Part shown: piece after piece, positions 13,470 to 25,592 of the stretch
Layout of the letters: the number at the start of each line of letters is the position of its first letter
Numbering within the stretch: the first letter of the stretch is position 1
Assembly: GCA_028023455.1 (NCBI GenBank)
Contig: JAQFVV010000001.1
Coordinates: forward strand, 2,170,001 to 2,234,000
Length of the DNA: 64,000 bases
Direction of reading: 5' to 3'
DNA from: Epiperipatus broadwayi
Lineage: Eukaryota; Animalia; Onychophora
Position numbers and translations under genes: made by a program
Notes under the pieces: model-generated
Database searches by the model: none
What the model was told of the DNA's origin: nothing
The model's input: the letters and a program-made list of their open reading frames with translations, nothing else

Positions 13470-14650
13470 TTTTTTTTTTTTTTTTGTTTTAAAGCCTGGT
13501 TTTCTAATATCTGATTTTAGTTCAGTTTGTCCTTGCATTTCACTGTTTGGTTTTAATGTTGAAATTGATGGTATTGAAAGTATTAAATATATCATTTTGG
13601 ATTTATTTCATAGACTGGATCTTGGTTTTAAGTGTGACCACATGGCTGCAAACACATCTGGCTGAGCTAGGGTGCTGTCTCGTTTTCAGAACAATTTTAG
13701 CTTTATTGAATATGTTGCTGGATGGTGGTGAGGGTTACTAGCAAGAACAGGTGCACCAGAGGCATATAGACTATATTGCAGTATGAATTGCAGAGATGTT
13801 GCCTTTTTTAAATGTATTTATTATTTCATCGATTGAAACATTAGCCTGTCTATATATGATAAACATTGTGTGATGTATTGTTTCCAGTGCAGTACAGGAA
13901 TGAAGGAAATGATCCTGTGTCTCTTTTTCTCTATGACAGAGTCCACAAAGGGGATCTATATTAGTATAGAATCTACAAAATCTAAGGACATGTGTTATTG
14001 ATAGAGTATTTAGATTAAACTTAATCAGAAAATCAAATAATTTTTGTTCTAGTGATTACTTTCTGAATTGTTGCAGCAGTTGCCTGTTGTCTATCCCAAG
14101 AGTTGATGGATATGAATTAGGTATTTTGGTTTGGGTTTAGGATATTATAAATATCCCAGTATATTGAGTGATATTTGTTTACATATTGGCTTGAGTTCTT
14201 CAATCACTGTGGACAGGTGCCCATATGATGGAGGTAGTCAGTCTGTCGGGGCTATATTAATCACACACTTAGGTCTAAAAACATTTTTATGGTGGCTGCT
14301 AATAGATTTGATTTCTCTATGTGAAAGACATTGATTGTTTGAAGTCCAAGGTTTCTTAAAGAAATAGGCACTATCTTTCTCTTCCATATTAATTTGTTAC
14401 AGAGTGATGAGATTGCAGATGTAAATGTTTTCAAATTTGATTATAGATATGTAGTAAGCAGCAAATTCTTATAATTTAAGTTGATTATATAGTGCAACCT
14501 TTGCATAAATTGATAGGTATGATTTTTCAAATGAGGTTGTGATTTTTTTCAGCATCTTTCTTTAATTTATTTTGAATTTTTTGCCTCATTCCATTGGAGT
14601 CAAAGTGAAATGGAAAACCAAGGAAAGCAGTAGGATTTGCCATTAAACAT
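13470..14650 (-). mobile_element. Decayed 3' part of a non-LTR retrotransposon ORF2 with poly(A) tail
   Basis: The minus strand gives PISLRNLGLQTI (PxxxGGLGL-like, ~14330), a CCHC knuckle CGLCHREKETQDHFLHSC (~13893-13948) and AQPDVF (~13655). The T-run at ~13470-13485 would be the poly(A) tail. Confidence 0.65.
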
Positions 14651-15944
14651 ATCCATACAGTGCTTAACTATGTATATGAACCATGCAGTGGTTTTATATG
14701 TGTTAATGAAATCCTTGATCATCTCTTGTAATATGGGAGATTCTTTTTTGAGGGGAGGAAAATCATTATATCATCCATATAGGCTATGCTTGATATATAA
14801 AAACCAGTGTTTGGGATTTGAATTCTTTTTATTTTATTTTTGTATCTCTATTAGTAATGGATTGATATATTATGTAAAGAGTAACACACTTAGGAGGAAT
14901 CCTTGTGGGATGGATCTAGTTTCTTGTCTACACACATTTTTATTATTATCTGGTTTTAGCAAATAAGTCTTTGATAGCTAGATATCTCAAAAACAGCAAA
15001 TATTTTTCAAAAAAAGTGGCTGGCCTACCTTTAACTCTGGCTTATGACATTCTCTTTATGATTTTTAGCTACATTGTAGCATAAGCAGAATATGACATAC
15101 ATTAGGAAGTTAACCTGCTATAAAACAAATATCTATACAAGACATTTTATTTTTTTTATCTTGTGGAATATACTATTATTTTCAGGTAATATATTAATAC
15201 TTCATCTGTGTCTCAGCTTCTTACACTTGGCAATATGCTGGCTTGATTCTGGCTTAAGAGAAGAGGTCAATAACAAGGCAATATCAGAAAAGACAAATTA
15301 AAATAAAAGAGACAAAATATTATAACCTCTTTTGATACCCTTTTTCATCACTGAATTTTAAAAGGGACTTTTTTTAAAATCTGACATATGAATTCTTGAC
15401 TTATCTGCATATATATTATTAAAAACCAATCAACACTTAGATAATTCCAATATCAATAACATTCAATAATTTCAAACTGTTGTCAAGGCAACCTTCTTTT
15501 GACAATTAGTTTACTGTTTTAATTATATTATTAATTACTGTGGTAGGTATTAATCCTTTACCTAAATTTTTACATAATCAAATCTTATCAAAATACTAAA
15601 TATTCAGAAATAATTAAATCCTTTTTTTCTTTTTCATTTATATAATTTATCTATTTAATTAATTAAATCAATGGTTTCCTGTCCACTTTTTATTTTATCT
15701 TTAAAAAAATTATTATTTAGTTTTAAAAAAAATACTATTAGTTTTCTCAAAATAAATTTATTCCACTAATATAAGAAGAAATTGATTTTGTACAATTTTT
15801 TTTTTTCATTTTCTTTTTATACATACATATCTATATTTTTTTTTTACATGCACATATATGTATATTATCATTTGATGTCAAATATAACATATGCTATAAT
15901 ATATATGTAATATTTAATATTTTTATACTGAATAAACATAATAT

Positions 15945-17075
15945 CTTGATAATCACCAAGTCTATTTAATTAATAGTTGAACTGCCCTCTAATTGCCATA
16001 TTCAATAACTCTTTACTATAGGAAAATGACCATTTCTTCCTGTATTTTAGATCTTTTTATATAAACTTATTGAGAATAATAACATCCAGAAAACAATCTG
16101 AATTCAGCCTATATATTTAAATTTAAATTAATTTTGAAATGACTGATATTAATTTTATAGAATCGAGGTATTTCACTCATTTTTAAAACTATAATAAATA
16201 GATACTTACCATATATGTAATGATAAATAACATTTTTACATTGAAATAAATATAAAGCTGTGATAATTGCCAAGTCTATTTAATTTAATGGTTGAGTTAT
16301 CATGTTCAATAACTTTTTATTAAATATAAAAATATTTTTATCATTACATAATATAACATGAGATTATTTTTTATAGAGTTTTAAAAATGAGTGAATTATC
16401 TCTACTCTGTAAAATTAATGTCAGTCCTTTCAAAATCAACTTTATCATCATCAATCATTATCAGTCCACTGCAGGATGAAGGTCTCTCAAGTTCAATCCA
16501 TCTTCTCTGATCTCTAGCATCTCTTCTCCACATTACCCCTGCACACTTTCTTATTTCATCCATCTATCTCATATGTGGTCTCTTTCTGGATCTTTTACAA
16601 TCTCTTGGAATCCACTTTAAGATTTTAATTTTCCATCTATTATCATCTCTTCTAGCAATATGTCCAACCCAACTCCACTTCAGTCTTTTAATTTTTTCAA
16701 TGAGGTCAGTAACACCTGTTTGTTCTCTTATCCATATATTGCGTATTCGATCTCTTCTTGTTACCCCCAACATGCATCTCTCCATACTTCTTTAAGTGGT
16801 CTGAAGTCTCTGTATTGTTCTTCTATTAAGTGTCCAAGTCTCAGATCCATAAGTAAGAACTGGTAAAACACATTTAAAAGTCATTTGAAAATCAACTTAC
16901 ATTAAAATATATAGGCTGATTTAAAATTGCTCTCTGATTGTTGTTGTTTTGGATAAGTCTATAAAAAGATCTAAAATGCAATAGGAAATAATCATTTCAC
17001 TACTATAAAAAATTGTTGAAAATGGCAGCTAGAGGGTAGGTCAACTATTAATTAAGTAGATTTGATTATGGTCCC
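15945..17075. mobile_element. Foldback element with ~260-bp inverted arms; right arm interrupted by an RTE
   Basis: 15945-16200 matches the reverse complement of 16366-16442 plus 16899-17075 (e.g. ttttagatctttttata / tataaaaagatctaaaa). Confidence 0.8.
16443..16878 (-). mobile_element. 5'-truncated RTE-clade LINE (RT C-terminus)
   Basis: LPVLTYGSETW, T*RSMERCMLGVTRRDRIRN and LKWSWVGHIARR motifs. The 3' end is a (GAT)n-like tail. 20-bp TSD at 16423-16442 / 16879-16898 with 2 mismatches. Confidence 0.92.
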
Positions 17076-18003
17076 ATGATTATTCAATATATTTATATAA
17101 TCCAAAGTTAGATAACCATATTTGTTTGTGAGTGGCAGCTTAATATTAAAGTTGAACTTTATAATTTCAACATCTCAAATTATGTTTATAGTAAAATTGT
17201 TGACATTTGATTTTAATTTTTTGTAATTTTAAATGTAACTCTTTTAAAATAAATGAAACATAATAAAATTGTCAATAACAATAATTTTGAAAAATGTTAT
17301 CACACTTTTCTGATTGCCACTGTCTTTTAAAATCTTTTTATGAAAATGGTGGCTAATTTGAAAAGATTCTTCTATTTACATATTCTACTAATACAATACA
17401 TTAATATAAGAAGAAGGATTTGATCTTCTATACAACAGATTCACATATCTGTGGTAGTTGTAAATTTTTTATTGTTTAGGAGAATTTAACTTAATGTTAA
17501 GAGTAGCAGAATTAAAAGCTGACAATTCTTGAATTGACCATACACTGAGGAAAGTAAATAAAAAATAGTTTGATCATTACCATACATCTTTCATGCTCAG
17601 TCCTGTCACTTTGTTGCGAAAACATCACATGATCTCTCAATCAACTGACTATGTGGCAATTTATTTTATGGAATTTATGCAAAGAAACATAATTTTGAAC
17701 CATCAAATCTTCCAGATTTGTATCATACTCCTCCAAAACTAGTTATTGAATTGTGTTTTCATTCAATGTAAAGTTTCCTGGACTAGTTGCTTTCACTACA
17801 GATGCACTTTACAAAGCAACATTCACGAGTGAATTAGGCATTATCTTTCTATTTATATGTCTTAATTATTATCTGTTTAACTTAGGATCTTGAATGTTTT
17901 AGCACTCAGGCAAGCATGTATATAATGTCTTGGTATTCACATCTGATAATGAATGGGAATTACATTAAAATACTCAATGGAACAAATATATGATGGTATA
18001 TAT

Positions 18004-18170
18004 TGTACCGGTTGGTTTTGTCTGTTTATATAACACGAGTTAGCATCTAGGCAAAAGTACCTCAAGTCCAATCATGTGGAAGGCACATAAGTCAGCAACA
18101 CTCATGAACTCTGCCCTATTTGCCTATTTTCCAGATCTAGAAACTTATGAGCAACAATCCTGATGATACC
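18004..18170. repeat. ~170-bp interspersed repeat, possible short solo LTR; second copy at 23851-24019
   Basis: Both copies start TGTACC and share tctargcaaaagtacc...tccaatcatg. The right end of this copy is approximate. Confidence 0.6.
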
Positions 18171-18422
18171 TGATTTAATTTTATCTTTCTCAGCCAGCCT
18201 CGCAAAGCGGAGACACAAAGAGATTCTGTTTGGGAAGGACAATAATCATGCATTTTTATTTATTAATAATTACAAATTCAAGCATGTTAAAAGATCGTGG
18301 TTTCTCACATTATTCATATATATATTAAGCAGGATCTAATCATCTAGTCTTATTAAGCCGAGTACGTTTAATCAAAATATAATATTAATTAATTTAATGA
18401 AACAATGATTCTGCATTTATAG

Positions 18423-18427
<5 letters not shown>

Positions 18428-18461
<34 letters not shown>
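18428..18461. repeat. (TA)n microsatellite
   Basis: Uninterrupted TA run of ~17 units. Confidence 0.95.
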
Positions 18462-18463
<2 letters not shown>

Positions 18464-20548
18464 CATAATTAAATAAATATGATTAATTTGGTGATAATAA
18501 TTATATCTGTTGCTCATCATTAGCCTTTTTATAATCATTTGCAACATGAGATTTATCATTTACAGTTTGAAAGATGAGAAATAAATTCATTAGTTATTAT
18601 TTTAGTGCAGGCTAAATTATATACCAATAAGGCTACATACAATGTGGAGATACAGTTTTAGTTAGCACTCTGAAAACATTACATTTGCGAATCGATAATC
18701 TACCTCATAGACAGAAAAGAAGTACTTGACCGAGATTACTAAACACATATTATTCAAGCCTTATTATATACTTACAGAATGATTAAACATTAAGAAGTGT
18801 GATTAATCTCAGCTTATGATAAGCAAGAAAACATATGTAGGAGAATTTATTATGGTTACTAATGGTGTCGCATCATGACGGACACATGTAAATATTCATT
18901 ACATTATAAATAGATATGTTTATTAAAATCAAAGTATTATAGCTGAAAGATATTCATAGGTTTTATTTGAGAAGAAGATTAAGAGGGTGGTATGTGCATG
19001 ATGGTATATTAATATGATCCATACTTGGATCTGAAAGGTGCTTCCAAATTTTCATTGAAGAGATCAAGGTCGATTTTATGTTTGCATCTTTGGCAGAATT
19101 GACTCATTGTTAGAATTGACTCATTGAATGTAAAACAGTCAACTGAGAGTTGCTAGGGGCTGGATGTCCTGGAGTGATTCCCATGCAGAACTACCTTCAG
19201 CAACAAGGAAAAGTCCCAAGGGCTTTAAGAGCCAATATACGAAACAGGGTTTAGCTTTCCCAAATATGCCTGGATGAAGCACAAAAGTTACATTATCGTG
19301 AATGGAGAAGTCTGTATGCATGCAATACTTGTAATTATATATATATGACTTTGAAAATCATGATTATTGACTTAAGACCCACATAAGTAAAAATATTTGG
19401 CATAATAGTATGATTGAGTTAATAAACTAATGGATAACCTAATTTTTGATAGAAATGTAATTTATTTTGAATGGAGAACCCCTTCTTATTACAGTAATTT
19501 ATATGAAATAAATTCCCACAAAAATTAGATGAATAAGGAAATATTCGGTCATAAGTGCTTTCATAATACATTAAATAATAATATAGATATAATAGTAGGT
19601 GGTGGTTATCAAATTTCTTTTATAGACTACATTTACTTTTAATTACCATTTTATAATTTCAGAACTGGCGCTATTATTTTAACTCAAGTAAAGCATTTCT
19701 AAGAATTGTGTAATGGGATAAATAGATTTCTATTCTGTTACATTTTTGTGACATTTAAAATATAATTGATTGGTCTTTTTCTTTTTTTCAAGCTGGCAAG
19801 CATTTGCAAAGAAACGAAAATAATAAAATGTTTTTAACTAAAGAATTACTTAACCTTCCTGCGAGAAAAAAAAAGAAAAAAGCGGTTTAGAAATAACAAA
19901 TTTTCTTGCGAGCTTGAGAAATTATTGGCATGTAATGATTTAAAATATAAAACATGATAATAAAGTTATAAACTATTGTTGCCACACTAAAATTGAGTAA
20001 GAGAAATTTTATTATCAAAGCTTAATGACAAGAGATATTACTAGAGTTTATAGAGAATTATTTACAAAGCAAAATCAGGTGAGAACATTACAGATTGTTA
20101 GATGTTATTTAAATTTTGATCTCAAAATCAGCAAAAGGAATTACAGTTATTTTATATGGTAGAAATAATTAGGAAAAACATTTAGATAGTGCTTTAAGGC
20201 AGCAACAAGGATTATTTCCTCAGTCATCCATTAATGGTGGTCCTCGGTTCATTGCAGCATATAGTTGAAACTAGATATAGTTCTTGGATTTATATTAGTC
20301 AGGCAGGTGGTATTTCTGTCATTTAATGTTTAAGTACATCATAGTTCATGGTGGAAAGGTCCAGGGTAATACTTCTCAGGAAAATGAATCAAATGGCTAG
20401 GGAAAGTGGTTCTTCCTTCTCTACTCAAGACTCATTGATTTAGGTTTATCATGATCTTAGATCTGGCTTGCCATTACTCTTTTTAAAATGGATCTCCTCT
20501 TTTGTGAATTCAAAATGGCCTTTTTATACTGGTTTTACATTTTCTCAG

Positions 20549-20636
20549 GAATGCTTTTAGTTACCCACCTTAGGCAATTTTACATACCTTGTCGATCTGA
20601 AATTTGCAGACCAAATGCACACTTTTGTTATAATAA
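20549..20636 (+). CDS. Candidate exon, phase 1 to 2 (MLLVTHLRQFYIPCRSEICRPNAHFCYN)
   Basis: Strong acceptor ttttacattttctcag and donor AA|gtaatc. Single open frame; frame-compatible with the next three candidates. Confidence 0.35.
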
Positions 20637-21406
20637 GTAATCAAACAATGCAACCGTGTCAAACATTTCTCAGATGATCTAATTTTAGATTTTAAAACTG
20701 AATCACAAATGGATAAAATTTCCGTTAATTGATATTACATTAATTTTGTAAATTTATAAACCTTCTAAATTTTTTAATGGATTTCCTGTTATTTAATTAA
20801 TTGCGTTCTAGAATATTCGGCAGGATTGCATCAGATTTTCTAACTGCCATTACTAAAAATAAATAATATTTTACAAAATTTTAAATATACAATCTATTAT
20901 ACAGAATTTAAACATAATTATTATTTTATAAATCATCTCCCATCACCTTTTACATATACATATTCTTTACACACATACACGACTTGAAATTATATATTAT
21001 TATTTATTTATTTATTTATAAGATATTAATAAATATCTACACATCGATTAGTTTTAAGACTAAAGCAAAAAAAAAGTATGTTAAATAAGTATGTATATTA
21101 GCATAAGGGATGGAGTTTAAATTTTGTTTGGTGTTGGGAAATTGGAATGGGCTGTGAAATGCAATCTGACTCTCAGATTGACCGCTTTAATAAGTATATA
21201 AATGACTGATAACTAAACCATTCTAGCACCCACATTAAACATATTTTAATCAAAGTATATAAATAGTAAGTCAGACTATCATTTTTAGTATGCATCTAAT
21301 TAATTGAGGTCATTTTATGAAAGGTTGTATAGTAAAAGAGATTGGGCTGGGACATTTTACAGTAGCTCAGGATTTAATAGATAACTTTTGGGAGAATGCA
21401 TGTTGC

Positions 21407-21646
21407 AAATCTGGAAGATATGATTTCATACAAATGCAAGGCATTAGTCACTTTATTAAAGAATTTTAACAAATTCAGATATAAAATCATTTTATTTGCT
21501 TGGAGTTAATGATTGCTATTTCTATATTCTCAAGGGGTCTCTTCCCAGCTGTTATAACATGATATTAATAATAAAATAAACAGACACTTATGTTTGAGTG
21601 AATTTATTCTTAAGCTGAATTAAGAGTAATATATATATATATATAT
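21407..21646. repeat. ~230-bp direct repeat (block B); second copy at 23522-23750
   Basis: aaatctggaagatatgatt...gaattaagagtaat is nearly identical in both copies. Its right part resembles 43850-43935, the LTR of element 3. Confidence 0.92.
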
Positions 21647-21938
21647 TAAACCAACCTCCTCCGAACAACAATAAACTAGAAAACTACTACTTATAATTTA
21701 AGCTTTTAAACTACGGGAAACAACAAACACTAAGCATCGACAAATAAAATATTAACTAATATTTTATGATATTTTGTCCTCCTAAATTTCCCTTACAGAA
21801 ATGGTTGGTTTTCAGGCAAAGTGTCAACTATTATCAATAGTGAACTATTAATAACATTCAACACTCGAGTACCAAAATATATACCGATCAAATAAACACT
21901 TTATTATTATTTTTTAAAAAAGAAAGAAAATCCCTTAG

Positions 21939-22050
21939 GTACCAGCTAATTACATTAGAATTAGCATGTCCATCTGATCAGCATAATTCAGTACCTGAAA
22001 CATCCGCTAGCTCAGTCAGTTCCAACCACCCACTAACAAACAAACAAAAG
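21939..22050 (+). CDS. Candidate exon, phase 2 to 0 (YQLITLELACPSDQHNSVPETSASSVSSNHPLTNKQK)
   Basis: Acceptor cccttag (weak pyrimidine tract) and donor AAG|gtatct. Lies within a 71-codon stop-free stretch, 21844-22056. Confidence 0.35.
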
Positions 22051-22690
22051 GTATCTTAAACGCCGCCTGTTCTAAACTGCTACTATTTCCTAAAACTAAA
22101 ATAATTTCCCTGAACCATTCTAAATAATACTTTGCTCCTTTAAAACTAATAATAACAACATTATACTGAATGCTAAACATTTATAGATTTAACTTGGTGA
22201 ATCTTTTCTAAAATACTATTATTAATGATTGGATTTTTTCCCTCCTACTCTTATTAAGAAAATAAATATTTATACTTATTGGCATGTATCAGAAATAAAC
22301 ATAAATATTTTTAAGAAAAAAATAATTTAAATGTTTTACTTTATTTTAAAATAAATGAATCATTTTATCTTATAATGAAACACACATACACTTCTTTCTT
22401 TAAAAATTAAAATAAGCATTTTAATATATTACTTAAGCAAATAAATTATACATGTTACGTCATATTTTATTATTATTATTTTTTTAAGTTTAATTTTAAA
22501 AATCAAATCACACATACGTGCATGCCAAAAATATTATTTAATAGAAGCTCAAATATTATCTTTTGAAGTTTAAAGTTTATTCTTTTTTTTAAAGTTTAAT
22601 TCAAAAGTTCAAAGTTTTTTTAATAAAGTCTATCTTTATTTTTAAAGGAAATCGGAAATGTTTAGATATCAAAGTCAAATAATTACCTAG

Positions 22691-22746
22691 GTTTATATAC
22701 GACAGAAACAGTATAATGGAATTATCTCTGAACTCATCGACGGCTG
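22691..22746 (+). CDS. Candidate exon, phase 0 to 2 (VYIRQKQYNGIISELIDG)
   Basis: Acceptor ttacctag and donor CTG|gtaaaa. Frame-compatible with both neighbours. Confidence 0.35.
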
Positions 22747-23041
22747 GTAAAATTCTTTCATAGATCCTGTGTCCTAATATTTCCATGGCTGGTTTGGTAT
22801 TCCCCACACTCCACTGTTCGTTTAGTCTATTTCAACATGATTACTTTCTGAACTAATCGCAGATCTTATATGCGTAGAGAGCAGCTTTCGGTCAACTGCA
22901 AATACATTGTTTTTTTAACAATGCATCATTTTTGGAAATATTACTTTAAAAATATTTTATTAAAATAAGAAAGTCCAAACCAAGAATGAACAAAATTGAG
23001 CTATTTATACCCTTTTAAACAATGGAAAATTTTATTTTTAG

Positions 23042-23066
23042 CAGCAGCGTTCGTCTTGTGAAATAA
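23042..23066 (+). CDS. Candidate terminal coding exon (CSSVRLVK*)
   Basis: Acceptor aattttatttttag with in-frame NAGNAG alternatives. TAA at 23064-23066. AATAAA overlaps the stop and occurs again at ~23143. Confidence 0.35.
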
Positions 23067-23424
23067 AATCAGCTTCTGGTGTCTACTTTTTTTTAAAAAT
23101 TGCATACACACACGCACATATATTTATTTATTTTATTATAAAATAAAATGAAATCTCTTTATTATTTTATTAAAATTCATTAAAAAAATATTAAATCATT
23201 TATTTATTACAAGATTTTTTCTCTTCTTTTAAACAAACAAAAAATCTTTTATTTTAAACAGCTTATTATTTTAAACAGCATTTACAGTTTATTTTATCTA
23301 ATACAAATTCTCCCTCCCCTCCCTACTCTTTAGTTTTTACATTTTATTCTCTTAATGTTAAATTTTTATATTTTTAAAACATGGTACTCATACAATTACT
23401 TTAATATCAATGTACTTTGGTACA

Positions 23425-23850
23425 ATATATATAAACCACCTTTATTGTTAAAAGGTTTTGATATTGTTGATTGTTATTGATATTGGCATTGTCTTTAGTG
23501 TTGACTGGTTTTTAATAATATAAATCTGGAAGATATGATTCCATACAAATGCAAGGCATTAGTCACTTTATTAAAGAATTTTAACAAATTCAGATATAAA
23601 ATCATTTTATTTGCTTGGAGTTAATGATTACCATTTCTATATCCTCAAGGGGTCTCTTCCCAGCTGTTATAACATGACAATAATAAAATAAACAGACACT
23701 TATGTTTGAGTGAATTTATTCTTAAGCTGAATTAAGAGTAATAATATATATATAATCCACCTTTATTGTTAAAAGAAGGTTTTGATATTGTTGATTGTTA
23801 TTGATATTGGGATTGTCTTAGTGTTGACTGGTTTTTAATGATATATATAT
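23425..23850. repeat. A-B-A' duplication structure
   Basis: ccacctttattgttaaaag...gttgactggtttttaat (~95 bp) occurs at ~23436-23518 and ~23757-23839, flanking block B. Confidence 0.88.
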
Positions 23851-24019
23851 TGTACCAGTTGTAAATGTATGTCCATCCAATAAGATTTAGAATCTAAGCA
23901 AAAGTACCCCGAATCCAATCATGCTCGAGATACACAGGTCAGGAGCAATCATGAATTCTAACCTGATGCCCATTCCCTAAATCTATAACACTACAGACAG
24001 CACCTACGGTGATACTACA
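23851..24019. repeat. Short element with TGTA...TACA termini, possible solo LTR
   Basis: Begins directly after (AT)5 and ends gatacTACA. Homologous to 18004-18170. Confidence 0.55.
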
Positions 24020-25592
24020 TAAATTAATTATTTCCAGGCCCAGTGCTACATTGTTTTGCATGAGAATTCAGCTGATGATGAGAGATTGAGTGAACCCAAG
24101 ATATATGTAAAAAAACATAAAAATAAATATATTAAGGAGATTCCAACAACTGGATTAAGTTTAAAAATATAAATATTTATTTTGGCAAAATTCAAGATGA
24201 TTTTATATATTCAACTTCACACATTTAAAACTTTATTTTTGGTTACAAATATTTGACGATCTTGATACATTTATTTTATTTAGATGGATATGAATTTAGT
24301 GCAGCAGTTACAATACTGAATGTGTATTTAAAAATAGGATTTTATTCAATGTTACAAAATGGATCTATCTGGGTGTTTTGGTGGACGTTTATACATTAAA
24401 ACACATATAAAGATATGACAATAATAGAGTTTCACTGTTTGGATGACTTTAATGGGATGCCCTTGGCATTGGATACATAACTTTATTTTCATTTATAGAA
24501 TTTATTTACAACACTAAAATGAAGATACATTGTGATCAAAATATACTTAAAAACATTTATTTATTAAACATTTTCGACATTAAACTATCAGATATTGCAA
24601 AACTCTATCAATACGGGGAATGGCTTATTCAATAAAGGGGAGGACAGCTTCTTGAAAAGATGGATCTAAAACTCCAACGAAAAATATTTAAAGAGAAAAA
24701 CATTTCATTATCACATATCATTATGATTTATTTTGTCAAACAGGCTAAAAGAAAAATGAACTATAAGAAATTGCCATGCTAGCATTGTCAGTGTGAGAGA
24801 GAAAAATGGCAGCTTTGGACAAGAAAAGGTTATTCTCCTATTATTAAGGTGGTACACCAACTTCATGCTGAGAGTACCGAAGGAAAGGTCGGTAGAAAGT
24901 TACTATGGGTCCAGATCACAGCAAAGCCATACAGAGCTTCAAACACTAACCTGCATGTTCCAGAAATAGACTTAGACTTCTGTTATGAATGAGAACACTA
25001 AAAGATGGGAGATTTTAAATCCTTGGCATGAGATATGAGTGAATCAAAGCAGTCTATAAATATATACTTGGAGGAGAAGAATGATGAACAAAGACAATCA
25101 TGATTCCGTGGAATGAGGTACAGGTAAATCAGATCAAAGCCCCATGTGGCTTATTAATAATTTGACATATTCCAGCAATGCTATTATAAAATTTGAAATC
25201 ATTGGTTTAAATATTAACATAAACCCTTAAATGGTTTAACAAATACGTAATGATATGTTAAAATAATGACCCATGTAAGATAATCTTTTATCAAAAGTTA
25301 AAACTATAATAAATGAAGCATGCATTGCTTCCCATTTCTTAAATCAATACTATTTTGTTTAAATATATATATATATATAAAACTAAAATTCATGCACTTA
25401 AAAGTGCAAACAACAAAATAGAATTTGTTCATCAGCCTTTTTGGTGATGATGATGAATAAAGAAATTAAAAAACTAATGGACACCAATATTCACCCCAGA
25501 TTGAAAAATATTTATATATTTTGTATAAACTTATGGAAAAATATATTTAAAAAAAAAACATTTTAAAAGAAAAATCCAGTTTTACGAGCTAT

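Noticed and set aside
19793-19890. Terminal exon GKHLQRNENNKMFLTKELLNLPARKKKKKAV*
   Set aside because: It has a good acceptor and is in frame with the 25-nt segment at 19663-19687. But the lysine run is just an A-tract that doubles as a minus-strand pyrimidine tract, and there is no recognisable homology, so it was not called.
21995-22032. Selenocysteine read-through in WVVGTD*ASGCF on the minus strand
   Set aside because: The phase does not match the upstream candidate exon and no SECIS element was seen.
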